A DNA stretch of 59,586 nt. Source: Bacteroidales bacterium. GTDB lineage: Bacteria; Bacteroidota; Bacteroidia; Bacteroidales; VadinHA17. Both the position numbers and the translations under genes were made by a program. Where the stretch lies: assembly GCA_041303295.1 (NCBI GenBank), contig JBFYPM010000083.1, positions 1-59,586 on the forward strand, given 5' to 3'. Below, piece by piece: positions 28,034-37,579 of the stretch. Within the stretch, counting starts at the first letter, position 1, and each line of letters opens with the position of its first letter. The notes beneath the pieces are model-generated. The model was not told the origin of the DNA, did not search any database, and worked only from the letters and a program-made list of their open reading frames with translations.

Positions 28034-29404
28034 ATGGAAAAGATCACAAAGATTCTACTGTCTGAAAAAGAGATGCCCCGCCAATGGTATAATATTGTGG
28101 CTGACATGCCCAACAAGCCACTGCCGCCGCTGAATCCTGTCACAGGCAAGCCGGCCGGTCCGGAAGACCTGGCAGGCATCTTTCCTATGGAACTGATAAA
28201 ACAGGAGGTCACTGCCGAGAGATACATTGATATCCCTGAGGAGGTGATCGATCTGTACAGGACCTACCGTCCCTCGCCGCTCTTCAGGGCATACAACCTT
28301 GAAAAGGCGCTGGGCACAAGGAGCAAGATCTATTACAAGTACGAAGGAGGCAACTATTCCGGTTCGCATAAAGCCAACACTGCTATCCCACAGGCATACT
28401 ATAACAAGATGGAGGGTGTGCGGAGGATTACAACTGAGACAGGTGCAGGACAGTGGGGCAGTGCTATGAGTTTTGCCTGCAACCACTTCGGACTGGAACT
28501 GCTTGTATTTATGGTGAAGGTCAGCTACCACCAGAAACCCGGACGCAAGCTTATGATGAATGCCTACAACGCCAAAGTGGTGCCATCACCAAGCACAATG
28601 ACCGCAGCTGGACGAAAAGTCCTTGAGACTGACCCTGACTCACCCGGAAGCCTCGGAATCGCCATCTCGGAGGCTATTGAGATAGCAGTACAGGATCCCT
28701 ACACCAAATATTCACTTGGAAGCGTGTTGAACCATGTGTCTCTCCACCAGACCATTATAGGTCAGGAGGCGTTGATACAGATGGAGAAGGCCAATGATTA
28801 TCCCGATGTGGTCATTGGATGTTTTGGAGGAGGATCCAACTTCTCCGGCATCTCGTTCCCATTCCTGCGCGAAAACCTTGTCAACGGCAAAAAGACAAGG
28901 TTCGTCGCCGTTGAGCCTGCCTCCTGCCCCAAACTGACAAAAGGGAAATTCACCTATGACTTCGGTGATCAGTCGGGACTGACCCCTCTTCTTCCAATGT
29001 ACACACTGGGACACAATTTCATACCAGACAAGATACACGCGGGAGGCCTGCGGTATCACGGGGCCGGTGTGCTCGTCAGCCAGCTCCGCAAAGACGGTTT
29101 CGTAGAAGCAAAATCCAAGTTCCAGCGCGAATGCTTTGAGGGAGCCATCCTCTTTGCCAGAACAGAAGGAATTCTGCCTGCGCCGGAGTCGTCATACGCT
29201 ATCGCAGGTGCACTGGATGAGGCACGAAGGGCGGATATCGAGGGGGTTTCCAAAACAATCCTCTTCAACCTGAGCGGACACGGTCATTTTGATATTACCG
29301 CTTATGAGAAGTATTTCGAAGGTAACCTGCCGGATCATGAAGCTACCGCCGGAGAGATTGAGCTGTCACTGGCAAACTCAGCAGTCCCGACCTTCCAGGT
29401 CTGA
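28034..29404 (+). CDS. trpB: TrpB2-type tryptophan synthase beta-like PLP enzyme
   Basis: Motifs seen are MPRQWYNIVADMP, LYRTYRPSPL, YKYEGGNYSGSHKANTA (PLP lysine) and TETGAGQWG. These are typical of the long TrpB2 clade. The ORF track opens at TTG 28007 inside the hairpin, so the ATG at 28034 is more plausible. Confidence 0.8.
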   Translation: MEKITKILLSEKEMPRQWYNIVADMPNKPLPPLNPVTGKPAGPEDLAGIFPMELIKQEVTAERYIDIPEEVIDLYRTYRPSPLFRAYNLEKALGTRSKIYYKYEGGNYSGSHKANTAIPQAYYNKMEGVRRITTETGAGQWGSAMSFACNHFGLELLVFMVKVSYHQKPGRKLMMNAYNAKVVPSPSTMTAAGRKVLETDPDSPGSLGIAISEAIEIAVQDPYTKYSLGSVLNHVSLHQTIIGQEALIQMEKANDYPDVVIGCFGGGSNFSGISFPFLRENLVNGKKTRFVAVEPASCPKLTKGKFTYDFGDQSGLTPLLPMYTLGHNFIPDKIHAGGLRYHGAGVLVSQLRKDGFVEAKSKFQRECFEGAILFARTEGILPAPESSYAIAGALDEARRADIEGVSKTILFNLSGHGHFDITAYEKYFEGNLPDHEATAGEIELSLANSAVPTFQV

Positions 29405-29423
29405 AGACTGAAGACTGAAGACT
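29401..29423. repeat. heptamer tandem repeat (CTGAAGA) x3.3 overlapping the trpB2 stop codon
   Basis: The sequence ctgaagactgaagactgaagact was counted directly. Confidence 0.8.
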
Positions 29424-29460
29424 AAAAAGGAGATGAGGGCAATGCCTCATCTCCTTTTTT
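29424..29460. terminator. bidirectional intrinsic terminator between convergent trpB2 and nrdJ
   Basis: AAAAA-GGAGATGAGG-GCAATG-CCTCATCTCC-TTTTTT. The 10-bp stem is perfect, with an A-run on one side and a T-run on the other. Confidence 0.8.
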
Positions 29461-29485
29461 GCATGATATGGAGTTTAATAAATAA

Positions 29486-32128
29486 TCAGCTGCACTTTGA
29501 TGCCCCACAGTCGGTGCAGCGCAGGCATCCCTCCTGGTAGACCACAGCGGTGGAGCCGCAGCTCTCGCACTTACCCTTGGCCTTGGTACCGTTGGGTATA
29601 TAGCGCTTCAGGGAGCGTTCAACACCGTTCTTCCAGGTGTTGATTGATTCATTGTCAAGCTTCATAGATGAGACCAGCTCAACCACATCCTTTGCGGGCA
29701 TACCATACCGGAGGACGCCGGAGATGAGACGGGCATAGTTCCAAAACTCGGGCTTGAACATGTGGGAAAGTCCACCGAGTGTATTCTTATAACCGTACTT
29801 GTCAGTATACTGAAAGTCGTAACGGGTGTTACCGGCATCATCCTTGTTCTTTAAGATCCTGCCCTTGACGATGCTTTTGGGAATCGGGAACATCTCGTCA
29901 TCCTGAAGCCCTGTGAAGATCTCGTACGGTACGCCGTCTTTCAGCCCGACGAACGCTATCCATTTCTCTTCGTTATTCTGGAAGCGAATCACGTCAGCCT
30001 CAAGGACCTTCGGGCGCAGCGGTGACCACTCATTCTTCTTCTCATCCTTATTGTTTGAGACCAGCACCCCGGCTCTGGATCCGTCGCGATAGACCGTTGC
30101 ACCCTTGCATCCCTCCTTCCAGGCGGTGAGGTACAATTCTGATACCAGTTCCTCCTTCGCTTCTGCGGGCAGGTTTATGGTCACACTGATGGAATGATCG
30201 ACCCACTTCTGTATTGCTCCCTGCATCCTTACCTTGGCAACCCAGTCGACATCATTTGCAGTGGCTTTGTAGTACGGTGATTTCTCCACGATGGAGCTTA
30301 TCATCTCTTCGGACATTTCCCTGACCTCTTCGTACTTGTACCCGTTGACTCTCATCCAGTCAATGAACTTGTGATGGAACACCACGAATTCTTCCCAGTG
30401 ATCTCCCACCTCATCAATGAATGAGACCTTGACGTCCTGATCATTGGGGTTTACCTTACGGCGGCGCTTATAGAAGGGCATGAAGATCGGCTCGATGCCG
30501 GAGGTGGTCTGGCTCATCAGGCTCGTGGAGCCTGTCGGAGCGATTGTCAGCAGGGCAATGTTGCGCCTGCCGTTTTTCTCCATTTCGGCATACATCTCCG
30601 GGTCAGCTTCGCGAAGACGGGTGATGAACGGATTGTTACGCTCCCGCTCGGTGCTGTATATCGGGAATGCCCCTCTCTCCGCGGCCATCTCCGTGGAAGC
30701 CCTGTATGCCTCAACGGCAAGGGTGCGGTGCACATTAACCGCAAAGTCTGTTGCCTCGTCGGTGCCATAGCGGAGCCCGAGGGCAGCCAGCATATCACCT
30801 TCAGCAGTGATGCCTATGCCCGTACGTCTTCCCTCGCCGGTCTTGTGTCTGATGTTCGCCCACATATTGCGTTCCACACCCTTCAGCTCCGGATCCTCGG
30901 GGTCAGCGTCTATCTTGGCAATGATGGCATCAATCTTCTCCTGCTCAAGGTCAATGATGTCATCCATGATTCGCTGAGAAAGATGCACATGCTCCCTGAA
31001 GAGGTTGAAATCGAAGGAGGCCTTCGAGGTGAAGGGATCCCTGACATATCCGAACAGGTTGATTGCTATAAGCCGACAGCTGTCATAGGGACAGAGGGGT
31101 ATCTCCCCACAGGGATTGGTTGAGACCGTTTCATAACCCAGATCGGCGTAACAGTCGGGAACACTCTCGTTCTTGATCGTATCCCAGAAGAGAACACCGG
31201 GCTCGGCTGATTTCCAGGCGTTATGTACAATCTTGTTCCAGAGCTTGCGGGCGTCAATCTCTTTTGAGTACTTTGGTTTCTCCGCATTGATCGGATACTG
31301 CTGACGGAAGTTTGTTCCCGCTTCCACTGCCTCCATAAACTCGTTGGTGATCTTCACCGAGACATTGGCACCGGTGACCTTTCCGGCCTCAAGCTTGGCA
31401 TCAATGAAGCTTTCAGCATCAGGATGCTTGATGGATATGGAGAGCATCAGGGCACCCCTGCGCCCGTCCTGGGCCACCTCACGAGTAGAGTTTGAGTAGC
31501 GCTCCATGAAGGGAACCACACCGGTGGAGGTGAGAGCACTGTTGAGTACCGGTGAGCCTTTTGGACGGATATGTGAGAGGTCATGACCAACACCGCCACG
31601 GCGTTTCATGAGCTGTACCTGCTCCTGGTCAATCTTCATAATACCACCATAGGAGTCTGAATCTCCCTTGTTGCCTATAACAAAACAGTTTGACAATGAG
31701 GCTATCTGGTAGTCATTGCCTATACCGGTCATCGGTCCACCCTGTGGAATGATGTATTTGAAGTCCCTGAAAGCCTTGTAGATTGCCTCCAGCGACAGTG
31801 GATTCGGGTATTTCTGCTCTATCCGGTAGATCTCCGATGCCAGACGTCGGTGCATGTCGTCCGGGGTCTTCTCATAGAGGTTGCCAAATGAATCCTTGAG
31901 AGCATACTTGCTTGCCCATACCTTTGCCGCCAGGTCATCACCGCCAAAATAATCACGGGTTGCCTTAATGGCTTCATCGTACGTATAGGTCTTTTTTGTA
32001 CCCTCGCCTGCCGGTCTGGACTTTTTTTCCATCACCGCCTCTTCCTTTTTGAGTTTTCTCTCCTCTTTTTTTCCCATTTCCTTTTCGTTAGAGGCGACGG
32101 GTACCGTATGGACCAATGAATCTCCCAT
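29486..32128 (-). CDS. nrdJ: class II (adenosylcobalamin-dependent) ribonucleotide reductase
   Basis: 880 aa. Motifs seen are SNCFV, NPCGEIPL, TIAPTGS and C-terminal Cys pairs (CESCGS...CLRCTDCG). The start could be one of the internal Mets in the Lys/Glu-rich N-terminus. Confidence 0.85.
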   Translation of the reverse strand: MGDSLVHTVPVASNEKEMGKKEERKLKKEEAVMEKKSRPAGEGTKKTYTYDEAIKATRDYFGGDDLAAKVWASKYALKDSFGNLYEKTPDDMHRRLASEIYRIEQKYPNPLSLEAIYKAFRDFKYIIPQGGPMTGIGNDYQIASLSNCFVIGNKGDSDSYGGIMKIDQEQVQLMKRRGGVGHDLSHIRPKGSPVLNSALTSTGVVPFMERYSNSTREVAQDGRRGALMLSISIKHPDAESFIDAKLEAGKVTGANVSVKITNEFMEAVEAGTNFRQQYPINAEKPKYSKEIDARKLWNKIVHNAWKSAEPGVLFWDTIKNESVPDCYADLGYETVSTNPCGEIPLCPYDSCRLIAINLFGYVRDPFTSKASFDFNLFREHVHLSQRIMDDIIDLEQEKIDAIIAKIDADPEDPELKGVERNMWANIRHKTGEGRRTGIGITAEGDMLAALGLRYGTDEATDFAVNVHRTLAVEAYRASTEMAAERGAFPIYSTERERNNPFITRLREADPEMYAEMEKNGRRNIALLTIAPTGSTSLMSQTTSGIEPIFMPFYKRRRKVNPNDQDVKVSFIDEVGDHWEEFVVFHHKFIDWMRVNGYKYEEVREMSEEMISSIVEKSPYYKATANDVDWVAKVRMQGAIQKWVDHSISVTINLPAEAKEELVSELYLTAWKEGCKGATVYRDGSRAGVLVSNNKDEKKNEWSPLRPKVLEADVIRFQNNEEKWIAFVGLKDGVPYEIFTGLQDDEMFPIPKSIVKGRILKNKDDAGNTRYDFQYTDKYGYKNTLGGLSHMFKPEFWNYARLISGVLRYGMPAKDVVELVSSMKLDNESINTWKNGVERSLKRYIPNGTKAKGKCESCGSTAVVYQEGCLRCTDCGASKCS

Positions 32129-32286
32129 GGATTGTGAAAAAATATTAAAGTTTGATAATTAGTTACTTAATCTACCTTCTGCAAAACCAAACATGCTTTG
32201 CTAAAATAGACAAGCATGTCAGAGGAGACAAGAATAAAAGTTCTCTTTTATCAACACACATATTAACTTTATAAACCGTCCGGAGC

Positions 32287-32316
32287 AAAAAAAAGAGGCC
32301 GGTTTCCCGGCCTCTG
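32287..32316 (-). terminator. intrinsic terminator after the TonB-dependent receptor
   Basis: On the minus strand the sequence reads CAGAGGCCGG-GAAA-CCGGCCTCTTTTTTTT. Confidence 0.75.
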
Positions 32317-32338
32317 TATTTAACTGATAATGTGTGTC

Positions 32339-35300
32339 TTAGAAGATAAGACGAACGCCCAGCAGGCAACCCCATGTGCTTGAGGTGCTTAGGCTCTTGC
32401 TGAGGGTTGTTTTGTTCTTGAAATCCTGCAGAGAGGTAGCATTGAGCCTGAACGTAGGCTGGCTGGTTGCGCTGCCTCTTGAGACAACGGTCAGCGGACG
32501 AACATTCTCATAACTTGCCAGCGGGTTGTAGGTATATGTTCCCCAACTGTCGTTGATCATGTTACCTACGTTGAGCAGGTCAAGGCTGAGCTGAAGGGTA
32601 TATTTGCGGTCTGTTCCGAAGTTGGCAAAAATATCCTGCAGTATCTTGGCATCGAACCTGTGCATCCACGGCTGTAAGTCACCGTATCTCTCGGCATACT
32701 CACCCATGCGGCTCTTGAGGTATTCATTCTCGTTCACATAGTTCCAGAACATTGCAGCCTGGTCAGCGGCTGACATGGCTCCTGAAGCAACGAACCTGAT
32801 CTCATTGGGCTGGCCGGGAACATACATAATGTCTGATGAAATTCCGTCACCGTTCAGGTCATTGGAGTAGGTATAGCTCCATCTGCCGGTCTGGTAACCC
32901 TGATAGACAAGTGATACGGTTGTTGCAAGGTGCTTGATATACTCAACCCTGTAAGAAATGTCTCCGATCAGTCTGTGAGGAGTTGCAAAGTTCGAATAGC
33001 TCAGTTCGGGATCATTAAGGCTTCCGTAAGAGGTATTTGAGGAGTAAGCCGAATAAGCTGAAGAACCCGGGTTAGAACTGATATCCATGGCCTTTGTGTA
33101 TGTATATGCGAACATGGCTGAGAGGCCTTTGCTGAAGTTCTTGGTCAGCATGGCAGTCAGTGAGTACTGGTAGCCCTTGTCGGAGTTGACCAGTTCTGTG
33201 GCAGCCCTGACGCTCGGTTCAACCTTGGCAGCAGTTGAACTGCTCCAGTATATACGGTTGTCTGCTCCTGCAAGAACACCTGTCGGTTCAGCAAGGTTGA
33301 TGTCAATCTGCTGAACAGCGTTGATATCCTTTGAGTAGATTGCTTCGCCGGTAAAGACCATGTTCCATGGAAGCTCAACGTCAAACGCCAGGTTTGAACG
33401 CCAGATCTGGGGGAACTTGAATTGTTTGCCCACCTGTGCAAGGGTAGAATTGCTCGGAAGTGAACCCGGTGTTGAGGGGAAGAGTGTTGGGTTGCTTGCA
33501 AGGAATTCTTTATAGTCAGGATTGAAATCGAGACCGTTCAGGTTTGCATTGCCGGCAGCCCAGCCAATCTCAGGCGACTGAAGGGTTCCGGAGTTGGTAG
33601 GCTGGTTGGTGAACCATACGAAGGGAAGCATCCCGGTAAAGAGACCGGTACCACCGCGAACCTGCAGTGAGCGATCGCCAAGGACATCCCAGTTGAACCC
33701 GATACGAGGTGAAACCACCAGCTGGCTCTCTGGCCATGTGCCTACATCAATCTTTTTGCCGTCAGCAAAGGTAAGGGCATCTATGGCGGGATTGTCCTGC
33801 AACTTGTCGAGATACAGCGGAAGCTCAAGGCGTACACCGTAGGTCAGTTTGAGTTTCTGTACAACCTGCCACTCATCCTGTAAATATGCTGCTGCAAATC
33901 CGAAGGTTGCGATTGCTCCGGGAGCATCGACTCCGTTATAGCCGTAGGTTACACCAAAGCCGATAGGGTTGGCGCTGTTGATGAAGTCATCAACGGAGGC
34001 GTAACGGTAATAGGTCGTGCCCTCACGTATATATGAGTTAAGGAAGAAGAGACGGTCAAAAGATACACCGTCAGTCAGAGTGTGCCTGTTCAGGTTAAAT
34101 GTGGTGTTGTTTGTAATGGTGAGGGTCTTGTTAGTCACATCGTTATTGAATGTGAAGAGTTCATACCCGAACGACATGTACGCGTCGCCGTCTTCCCAGA
34201 TGTCAACAAACGGGAAGATGTCTGAGTTACTTGTACGGGTGTCCTGTATAAAGGTGTAGCTTGCCAGAAATTTGTTTGAAATCTTCGGTGAGAAGCTGCT
34301 GTTCAGTTCACCGGTCATCGAGCGGACAGTGTTCTTAAAGCCATAGAAGGCATTTGAGAACGCCATCGACTGGATGCCTATACGGGATGAACCGCGAAGG
34401 CTGAGCGGACCGCTGTTTGAGTTGGTCGCCTGGTCTGATGTTCCCACAACATTGTTGAACCTGAGGGTCAGCTTATGATCCTTGTTGATGTTCCAGTCAA
34501 GACGGGCAAGAATCTTTGTGTTCTTGTTCGTGAAGGGATCAAAATCCTTGTATTTGCCCGGATCATAATTATATGTACTGATAAGATGATCCCTGACACG
34601 GATCATGTCAGCTTCGGTTGTTCTTGAGATCTGAAGGTCCGCATTGGGCTGACCGTCAGTGCTTGGTTTCCAGTTGACGCCTGGTACAGATTCGGTGCCA
34701 TATTCACCGCTGAGGAAGAAAAAGAGTTTGTTCTTGATGATCGGACCGCCAATTCGCGCTCCAAAATTCTGAGAGCTTCTCTCCCTCGCACCGCTAACCT
34801 CGCGTCCGTCAACCATGTTGCCGGTGAATGATTCAGGACGGATATAGGTATAAACAGAACCCTTAAAGGTGTTGTCACCGCTGCGGGTAATGGCGTTGAT
34901 GCTTGCGCCGGTGAACTGCGACTGGCGTACATCATAGGGTGCCATGCTGACTGAGATCTCCTCGATTGCATCAAGGGCGATCGGCTGTGCCTCTCCGCCT
35001 GGAAGCGGGTTGCTGCTCAGACCGAAGTTGTTGTTGAAAGCAGCACCGTCAATTGTTATTGTGTTGAAACGTGCATCACGTCCACCGAAGGAGTTTCCCT
35101 GCGCCTGTGGCGTGAATTTGGTGAAGTCAGCAATACTCCTGCTGATTGTCGGCATGTTTACAAGATCACGTCCACTGACGTTGGTCTGGGTGCCTGAACG
35201 CTCTGAACTGAGTATCGAGTTCCTCAGACCGGCAGTAACAACAACCTCCTGCAGAGTGGTGGTTGTCTCAGTCAGCTGGCCGTTCTGAACATAGTTCTCA

Positions 35301-35599
35301 CCCAGTTTCAGATTGATGTCAGTGTAAGTGCTGGATGAATAACCAACGAAGGATACATCAACTTTGTATGGACCGCCGACACGCATGTTCTGGATCCTGT
35401 AGTTACCGGAATTGTCGCAGAAGGTAGCATACTGCGTTCCCGACGGAACATGCACTGCAACGACTGTGGCTCCGGCAAGGGCTTCACCTTTGCTGTCGGT
35501 GATTTTTCCGCTCAGAGAGGATGTTGTCATCTGTGCCATCAGCGAGGCTGATCCTATGAACAGAGACAACAGAATGAAAGTAAACCTTAGTTTTCGCAT
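32339..35599 (-). CDS. TonB-dependent outer-membrane receptor with an N-terminal CarboxypepD_reg domain (Oar-like)
   Basis: It has the signal peptide MRKLRFTFILLSLFIGSASLMAQ, then GKITDSKGEALAGATVV, a plug domain, a long beta-barrel and a terminal Phe. The ORF extends to 35689, but the Met at 35599 gives a proper signal peptide. No adjacent SusD-like gene is present. Confidence 0.8.
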   Translation of the reverse strand: MRKLRFTFILLSLFIGSASLMAQMTTSSLSGKITDSKGEALAGATVVAVHVPSGTQYATFCDNSGNYRIQNMRVGGPYKVDVSFVGYSSSTYTDINLKLGENYVQNGQLTETTTTLQEVVVTAGLRNSILSSERSGTQTNVSGRDLVNMPTISRSIADFTKFTPQAQGNSFGGRDARFNTITIDGAAFNNNFGLSSNPLPGGEAQPIALDAIEEISVSMAPYDVRQSQFTGASINAITRSGDNTFKGSVYTYIRPESFTGNMVDGREVSGARERSSQNFGARIGGPIIKNKLFFFLSGEYGTESVPGVNWKPSTDGQPNADLQISRTTEADMIRVRDHLISTYNYDPGKYKDFDPFTNKNTKILARLDWNINKDHKLTLRFNNVVGTSDQATNSNSGPLSLRGSSRIGIQSMAFSNAFYGFKNTVRSMTGELNSSFSPKISNKFLASYTFIQDTRTSNSDIFPFVDIWEDGDAYMSFGYELFTFNNDVTNKTLTITNNTTFNLNRHTLTDGVSFDRLFFLNSYIREGTTYYRYASVDDFINSANPIGFGVTYGYNGVDAPGAIATFGFAAAYLQDEWQVVQKLKLTYGVRLELPLYLDKLQDNPAIDALTFADGKKIDVGTWPESQLVVSPRIGFNWDVLGDRSLQVRGGTGLFTGMLPFVWFTNQPTNSGTLQSPEIGWAAGNANLNGLDFNPDYKEFLASNPTLFPSTPGSLPSNSTLAQVGKQFKFPQIWRSNLAFDVELPWNMVFTGEAIYSKDINAVQQIDINLAEPTGVLAGADNRIYWSSSTAAKVEPSVRAATELVNSDKGYQYSLTAMLTKNFSKGLSAMFAYTYTKAMDISSNPGSSAYSAYSSNTSYGSLNDPELSYSNFATPHRLIGDISYRVEYIKHLATTVSLVYQGYQTGRWSYTYSNDLNGDGISSDIMYVPGQPNEIRFVASGAMSAADQAAMFWNYVNENEYLKSRMGEYAERYGDLQPWMHRFDAKILQDIFANFGTDRKYTLQLSLDLLNVGNMINDSWGTYTYNPLASYENVRPLTVVSRGSATSQPTFRLNATSLQDFKNKTTLSKSLSTSSTWGCLLGVRLIF

Positions 35600-35858
35600 A
35601 ATTTGAATTAAGTTAGATAAGTTATGGTTATTGTTCTTGGTAAATAGACTGAATTTCATATGGTTTAGGCTCAACCCCGCTTCCCTCAAGGGGGAAGGTT
35701 AAATTACATTTACGGGCAGAATAAGCCGGGTTTGACATTCCGTAATTATTAACAACTTTTTAACCTGTTTTCAAAAGGTTATCAGCCTTTCATTTCCACT
35801 TTTGGGCGCCTCAAAGGTAATAAACTCCTACTTTTACAGAAATTAAATTTTTGTTACG

Positions 35859-36806
35859 ATGGTACGCCTGATAGCCCTGTTCATATCAATTGCCCTGCAG
35901 ATTGTTGCTGCCGGCATAGCGTTAAGGTTCATGAAGATAACCAGGTACAGGCTCTCATGGATCCTCCTCTCGGCCTCTTTTGTTCTGATGGCCGTACGTA
36001 CTCTGATACAGCTTGTTGAGTACTTCCAGGGCAAGCCGTCGTTTGAGCTGATGATGGTTGACGAATGGATGAACGTGTTGATCTCGGTCATGATTATCAC
36101 TGGTGTGGTCCTCATCAGGGAACTTTTCTACTCGCTCAAACGGGCGGAGACTGACAGGACCCGCTCAGAGAGGCGACTTCTTAATGCAATCATCAATACC
36201 GAAGAGACTGAGAAGAAGAGATTTGCAAAGGATCTGCATGACGGACTGGGTCCGCTGCTCTCCACTGTCAAGATGTCTCTCTCAGCCCTTAACTCAAGGG
36301 TCACCGACCCGGTGGGTATGGAGATCCTCGGCAACGCCAGCCATGTTGTAAATGAGGCCCTCAACACAATCAAGGAGATATCCAACAACATGAGTCCTCA
36401 TGTCCTCACCAACCTGGGCGTCGCCAGCGCCATCAGTACCTTCGCCGCCAAGGTTAACACAATGCGTGGTGTCAGTATCGAGTTCCGCACCAATATGGAG
36501 GGGGAGAGGTTCGAAACCGATAAAGAGGTGGTGATCTACCGGGCTGCCTGTGAGCTTATCAACAACGGCATGAAACACTCGGGGGCCTCAAAGATAGAAA
36601 TGGACCTCCGGCGACACCAAAAAATAATTACCTTGCAGTACCTTGACAACGGTCGGGGCTTTGACATGGAGAAGCTCTCACTGGACGAGACTGTGGGGAT
36701 GGGTATCCCCAATATCGAGACCAGGGTACGGTCAGTTGACGGAGTCTTTGTGATAGAAAGCGCCAGGGGAAAGGGTACAAGTGCACTTATCAGAGTAGAC
36801 CAGTGA
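35859..36806 (+). CDS. sensor histidine kinase (HisKA_3 / NarX-DegS type)
   Basis: 315 aa. N-terminal TM helices are followed by an H-box (FAKDLHDGLGPLLS) and the HATPase N- and G-boxes (NNGMKHSGA, DNGRGF, GMGIPN). Confidence 0.85.
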   Translation: MVRLIALFISIALQIVAAGIALRFMKITRYRLSWILLSASFVLMAVRTLIQLVEYFQGKPSFELMMVDEWMNVLISVMIITGVVLIRELFYSLKRAETDRTRSERRLLNAIINTEETEKKRFAKDLHDGLGPLLSTVKMSLSALNSRVTDPVGMEILGNASHVVNEALNTIKEISNNMSPHVLTNLGVASAISTFAAKVNTMRGVSIEFRTNMEGERFETDKEVVIYRAACELINNGMKHSGASKIEMDLRRHQKIITLQYLDNGRGFDMEKLSLDETVGMGIPNIETRVRSVDGVFVIESARGKGTSALIRVDQ

Positions 36807-36918
36807 GATCAGGCAGTAGGCAGTCAAAACCAGTCGGCAGTCACCAGTCGGCAGTCGGCAGTCACCAGCCGGCAGTCAGGACTTTTGACTGAAGACTGTG
36901 GATTGAGGACTGTAGACT
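36807..36918. repeat. low-complexity spacer: a CAGTC/GGCAGTC-rich half followed by a GACTG-rich half (imperfect dyad)
   Basis: The left half is caggcagtaggcagtc..cagtcggcagtcaccagtcggcagtcggcagtcaccagccggcagtcagg. The right half is acttttgactgaagactgtggattgaggactgtagact. The central stem is CAGTCA (36873-78) with TGACTG (36886-91). Confidence 0.75.
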
Positions 36919-36930
36919 ATAAAGTATTAT

Positions 36931-37578
36931 ATGACAATGGATAAGATAAGAATAGCACTGGCTGACGACCACCAGCTATTCCGCAACGGGTTGAAAATCC
37001 TCCTCAGCGCCTATGACGGATTCGAGGTGGTGACCGAGGCATCCAACGGCTCCGAGCTGCTGAAACTCCTCGAAGCCTGCCCCGCAGATATAGTACTCAT
37101 GGACATTAGCATGCCGGAGATGGATGGTGCGGAGGCCACCTCCCGCCTGACACGGCAGTCGCCCGACACCAGCGTAATAGCACTCTCAATGTACGGCGAG
37201 GAGGAATATTACTACCGGATGGTTGATGCCGGAGCCAAAGGATTCATCCTGAAGGACTCTGATATCTCCGAAGTGCATGATGCCATCATCGCCGTGTACA
37301 AAGGCGGAAACTACTTCTCCCAGGAACTGCTGTACCATGTAATAAGACGAATAAAAAACAGGGAACATGAGGAGAAGAGCTCAAGCCTCTCGAAGCGGGA
37401 GAAGGAGATACTGCTTAAGATTTGTGAAGGCCTCTCAAACCACGAGATAGCTGACGCCCTGTTCATCAGCAAACGTACTGTTGACAAGCATCGCGCGAAC
37501 CTCCTGGCAAAGACCGGATCGAAAAATACCGCCAGCCTGATACTGTACGCCATAAAAAACCGACTCATAGAGGTCTGA
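36931..37578 (+). CDS. response regulator, NarL/LuxR family (REC + HTH)
   Basis: 215 aa. Motifs seen are IALADDH, DIVLMDISMPEMDG and LSKREKEILLKICEGLSNHEIADALFISKRTVDKH. Confidence 0.9.
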   Translation: MTMDKIRIALADDHQLFRNGLKILLSAYDGFEVVTEASNGSELLKLLEACPADIVLMDISMPEMDGAEATSRLTRQSPDTSVIALSMYGEEEYYYRMVDAGAKGFILKDSDISEVHDAIIAVYKGGNYFSQELLYHVIRRIKNREHEEKSSSLSKREKEILLKICEGLSNHEIADALFISKRTVDKHRANLLAKTGSKNTASLILYAIKNRLIEV

Positions 37579-37579
37579 C

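Noticed and set aside
29486-29570. Cys-rich C-terminal tail of NrdJ (CESCGS...CLRCTDCG) as a separate zinc-ribbon gene or fusion of interest
   Set aside because: It is in frame and contiguous with the reductase. C-terminal Cys pairs are a normal feature of class II reductases, where they serve as the reducing-equivalent shuttle.
32129-32338. Possible cobalamin riboswitch upstream of the B12-dependent nrdJ
   Set aside because: I could not find a B12-box-like conserved core on the minus strand. The GC-rich hairpin at 32295-32314 is explained as the terminator of the upstream TonB receptor gene.
36807-36918. Repeated GGCAGTC words as a CRISPR array
   Set aside because: The units are 5-7 nt, irregular and contiguous, with no unique spacers and no cas genes. 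This is a low-complexity repeat, not a CRISPR.
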